From the NCBI RefSeq assembly GCF_027921745.1, contig NC_079240.1, forward strand, positions 2,232,001 to 2,296,000: 64,000 nt of DNA, given 5' to 3'. The position numbers and the translations under genes are program-made. Shown in pieces: positions 61,274 to 64,000 of this stretch. The notes under the pieces are model-generated. The model made no database searches and was not told the DNA's origin. It was given only the letters and a program-made list of their open reading frames with translations. The DNA comes from Schizosaccharomyces osmophilus (taxonomy: Eukaryota). Within the stretch, counting starts at the first letter, position 1. Each line of letters starts with the position of its first letter.

Positions 61274-61364
61274 CCCCAGAATTCGAAGAGGAGTAGAGAC
61301 TTATTCCACAAATTGAAATGCACGGTAAGCAGATAATGTTCGATTTAGGTTCGTATGCGTGGGG
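61274..61364. promoter_or_regulatory. Candidate Scr1/Mig1-type sites upstream of gal7
   Basis: CCCCAGAATT (61274-61283; AATTCTGGGG on minus) and GTGGGG (61359-61364). Confidence 0.5.
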
Positions 61365-61477
61365 TAAAAACTATATGTAATGAACACAGAAAAACCACCA
61401 AGAACAAGGAATGTCGTATCTTCTGGTAACCTATCTCTGTTTTGAATGAACTGAATTTACAAGCTTGAAAAAGAAGT

Positions 61478-62581
61478 ATGAAGTTTGACTTTACAGACCA
61501 TTCGCATCGCCGATACAACCCTTTGAATGATACGTGGGTGCTGTGTTCTCCTCATCGTGCAAAACGACCCTGGCAAGGCGAACAAGAAGATTTAAGGAAA
61601 AACGAGCTACAAAGCTATGATCCCAAGTGTTATTTATGCCCAGGGAATGATCGAGCAATGGGAGCCAAAAATCCCGATTATACAACAACCTACGTCTTTC
61701 GCAACGACTATCCAGCTGTCAAAATGGATCAACCCGATTATGTGGAAGAAGAATCCCATATGGAAGAAAAGAAAGTCTCCTTGAAGTCCCGGTTGTTAAA
61801 AACTAAAGGTGTCAAGGGCGATTGCTTTGTCATTTGCTTTAGCCCCAATCATAGTTTAACGCTTCCTCGCATGGAAATAAATTCTATTATTTATGTTTTG
61901 GAAACTTGGAAGCAGCTTTGCTTTCAGTTGAAAACAGTGCCTTCTCAAGACGTGCACTATAAATACATTGAGTTTTTTGAAAACAAAGGGTCCGCTATGG
62001 GCTGCTCAAATCCTCATCCACATGGCCAGGCCTGGGGTTTGGATTCTATTCCGACAAATGTTAGCGAAGAAATAAAAAATATGACAAAGTATATAGAGTC
62101 CTACGGTACGCACTTGCTTGGCGACTATGTCAAACTCGAAATGGAAGAAAGACAAAGAATTGTCCTTGAAAATGATTCTTTCATTGCACTAGTCCCTTAT
62201 TGGGCTTTATGGCCTTTTGAAACTTTGTTAATTTCAAAAGAACATTTGCATTCGTTGATGGATTTTAAAGAAAAGCATGTTCAAGATTTGGCTATTATCA
62301 TGAAACAATTAACTACAAAGTACGATAATTTGTTTTGTACAAGCTTTCCCTATTCAATGGGAGTTCATCAAGCTCCTCTTTACGGCTCCCAAGATGAGTG
62401 CAACAACTCTTGGTTTCATATGCACTTTTACCCTCCGTTGCTGAGATCTGCTTCAGTAAAAAAGTTTTGTGTCGGCTTTGAAATGTTAGGCGAAGCCCAA
62501 AGAGACCTGACTAGTGAACAAGCCGCTGCACGTTTGCAGGCACTCGATTGTGAAAAGCATTACCTTGATACCCTGGGCTAA
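61478..62581 (+). CDS. gal7: Galactose-1-phosphate uridylyltransferase
   Basis: HRRYNPL, SPHRAKRPWQG, CYLCPGN and active-site GCSNPHPHGQAW. Confidence 0.97.
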   Translation: MKFDFTDHSHRRYNPLNDTWVLCSPHRAKRPWQGEQEDLRKNELQSYDPKCYLCPGNDRAMGAKNPDYTTTYVFRNDYPAVKMDQPDYVEEESHMEEKKVSLKSRLLKTKGVKGDCFVICFSPNHSLTLPRMEINSIIYVLETWKQLCFQLKTVPSQDVHYKYIEFFENKGSAMGCSNPHPHGQAWGLDSIPTNVSEEIKNMTKYIESYGTHLLGDYVKLEMEERQRIVLENDSFIALVPYWALWPFETLLISKEHLHSLMDFKEKHVQDLAIIMKQLTTKYDNLFCTSFPYSMGVHQAPLYGSQDECNNSWFHMHFYPPLLRSASVKKFCVGFEMLGEAQRDLTSEQAAARLQALDCEKHYLDTLG

Positions 62582-62962
62582 AAGTTGAAATTTCCAAACG
62601 TCGAATATTTAATGATAATCTTATGTTTTCATTCCAGTTTTACCATGTCCCAATTCATTGCCATCGACGAATAGAACTTGAACGAGTTTTAAGTATCAAT
62701 CCGATCCTCGAAGACAAACATCAGTACCTTCGCTAATATTTACCTTATCCATTCCGAATTTTTTCGAATGTTTTTTAGCGTACATTAGTAATTTCGTACG
62801 GATTATTAATATTTTTTACGCTGACAAATACAGTTAGTAAGCCAACACCAAAACTTTGTTAACCGAAAACATATAAATTCAAGGGAAAGAAGCAACTCTC
62901 ATTACTTAAGAATCTCGACAAACCTGCTAAGAAACCTTGTATTATACACTCTTTAGTAAACA

Positions 62963-64000
62963 ATGACTGCCGGATTGGAACAAACAAATTTGTTTAAACC
63001 AATTACTGTTGGTAAACATACACTAGATCAGAGGATAGCTTTTGCTCCTACAACAAGATTCCGTGCTGCTGATGACCATACTCCAAGTGATTTGATGTTA
63101 CAATATTATTCCGACAGAGCACAAACTCCTGGTACTTTGCTCATTTCAGAAGCCACATTCATTTCGCCTCGCTCTGGATTATACCCTAATATTCCCGGTA
63201 TTTGGAACGAGAAACATGTTCAAGGATGGAAGAAAATTACAGACGCAGTACATGCAAAGGGTAGTTTAATAGCAAGCCAATTTTGGTTTTTGGGTAGAGT
63301 CGGATCCCCAGAACTTTTGAAAAAACATGGTTTGGATTTGATTTCTCCTTCTCCTTTCTATGAAAGCGAACAATCCAAGAAGACTGCCGAAGCTGCTGGC
63401 AATCCTGTTAGAGCATTAACCGAAGAAGAAATCAAGAGTATCATTTATGAAGATTACAAGAACGCAGCCATCAATGCCATAAACGCTGGATTTGATTATG
63501 TCGAAATTCACAGTGCTCATGGATACATGCTTGACCAATTCTTACAACCTGCTACCAACCAAAGAACAGACAGCTATGGTGGTTCTATTGAAAAGCGTGC
63601 AAGAATCGTGCTTGAAATTATTGATCTTTTGAGTGACACCATTGGCGCCGAGAAACTTGCAATTCGATTATCGCCTTGGGCCAAATTCCAAGGAATGAAG
63701 GCTGAGAAAGATTCGGTGCATCCCGTCACCACTTTTAGTTATGTGGTGAATGAGCTTCAAAAGCGTGCTAACAATGGTAAGCAGCTTGCTTATCTTTCCC
63801 TCGTGGAACCTAGAGTGCAAGGAAACTTGGATGTTAACACCTCTGACGTTGTTGGTTCCAATGAGTTTGTCAAGTCTTTATGGAAGGGAGCTATTTTGCA
63901 AAGTGGTAATTATACCTATGACAGTCCTGAATTCAAGTTATTGAAGGCGGATGTTGATGGCGACGACCGTACTATGATTGGTTTTTCAAGATACTTTACA
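62963..64000 (+). CDS. Old yellow enzyme (NADPH dehydrogenase), truncated by the window end
   Basis: Open frame from ATG 62963: [17 protein letters not shown]...APTTRFRA...ISEATFIS...[19 protein letters not shown]...[16 protein letters not shown]...IRLSPW; no stop before 64000. Confidence 0.95.
   Translation, partial: MTAGLEQTNLFKPITVGKHTLDQRIAFAPTTRFRAADDHTPSDLMLQYYSDRAQTPGTLLISEATFISPRSGLYPNIPGIWNEKHVQGWKKITDAVHAKGSLIASQFWFLGRVGSPELLKKHGLDLISPSPFYESEQSKKTAEAAGNPVRALTEEEIKSIIYEDYKNAAINAINAGFDYVEIHSAHGYMLDQFLQPATNQRTDSYGGSIEKRARIVLEIIDLLSDTIGAEKLAIRLSPWAKFQGMKAEKDSVHPVTTFSYVVNELQKRANNGKQLAYLSLVEPRVQGNLDVNTSDVVGSNEFVKSLWKGAILQSGNYTYDSPEFKLLKADVDGDDRTMIGFSRYFT

Overview
Eukaryotic, AT-rich, intron-containing DNA from a fission yeast (genus Schizosaccharomyces). 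The proteins are clearly diverged from S. pombe, so the octosporus/cryophilus/osmophilus group is likely; I cannot fix the species from sequence alone. Bases 1-42.3 kb follow, in reverse, the S. pombe chromosome II gene order as I recall it: unnamed gene, idi1, sda1, gid9, tho4, plg7, pka1, cut4, nat2, cct4, tim11, ada1, DUF1776 gene, srx1, mph1, pof13. The exception is an ~8 kb insert between cct4 and tim11. It holds a spliced GatB/Pet112-like gene whose catalytic motifs are systematically substituted, directly followed by an intact GatA gene, then a mug2/DUF1773 pseudogene and decayed sequence. After pof13 the window turns accessory-like: a four-exon WBP2 homolog largely missed by the ORF track, a small secreted six-cysteine protein, tRNA-Gly and tRNA-Ser, two DHA1 MFS transporters with an Rdr1-like Zn2Cys6 regulator, the GAL1-GAL10-GAL7 cluster with a frameshifted dTDP-glucose 4,6-dehydratase pseudogene, and an old yellow enzyme running off the end. 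Exon structures were derived by hand. Orthology and synteny statements rest on recalled sequences, not on searches.
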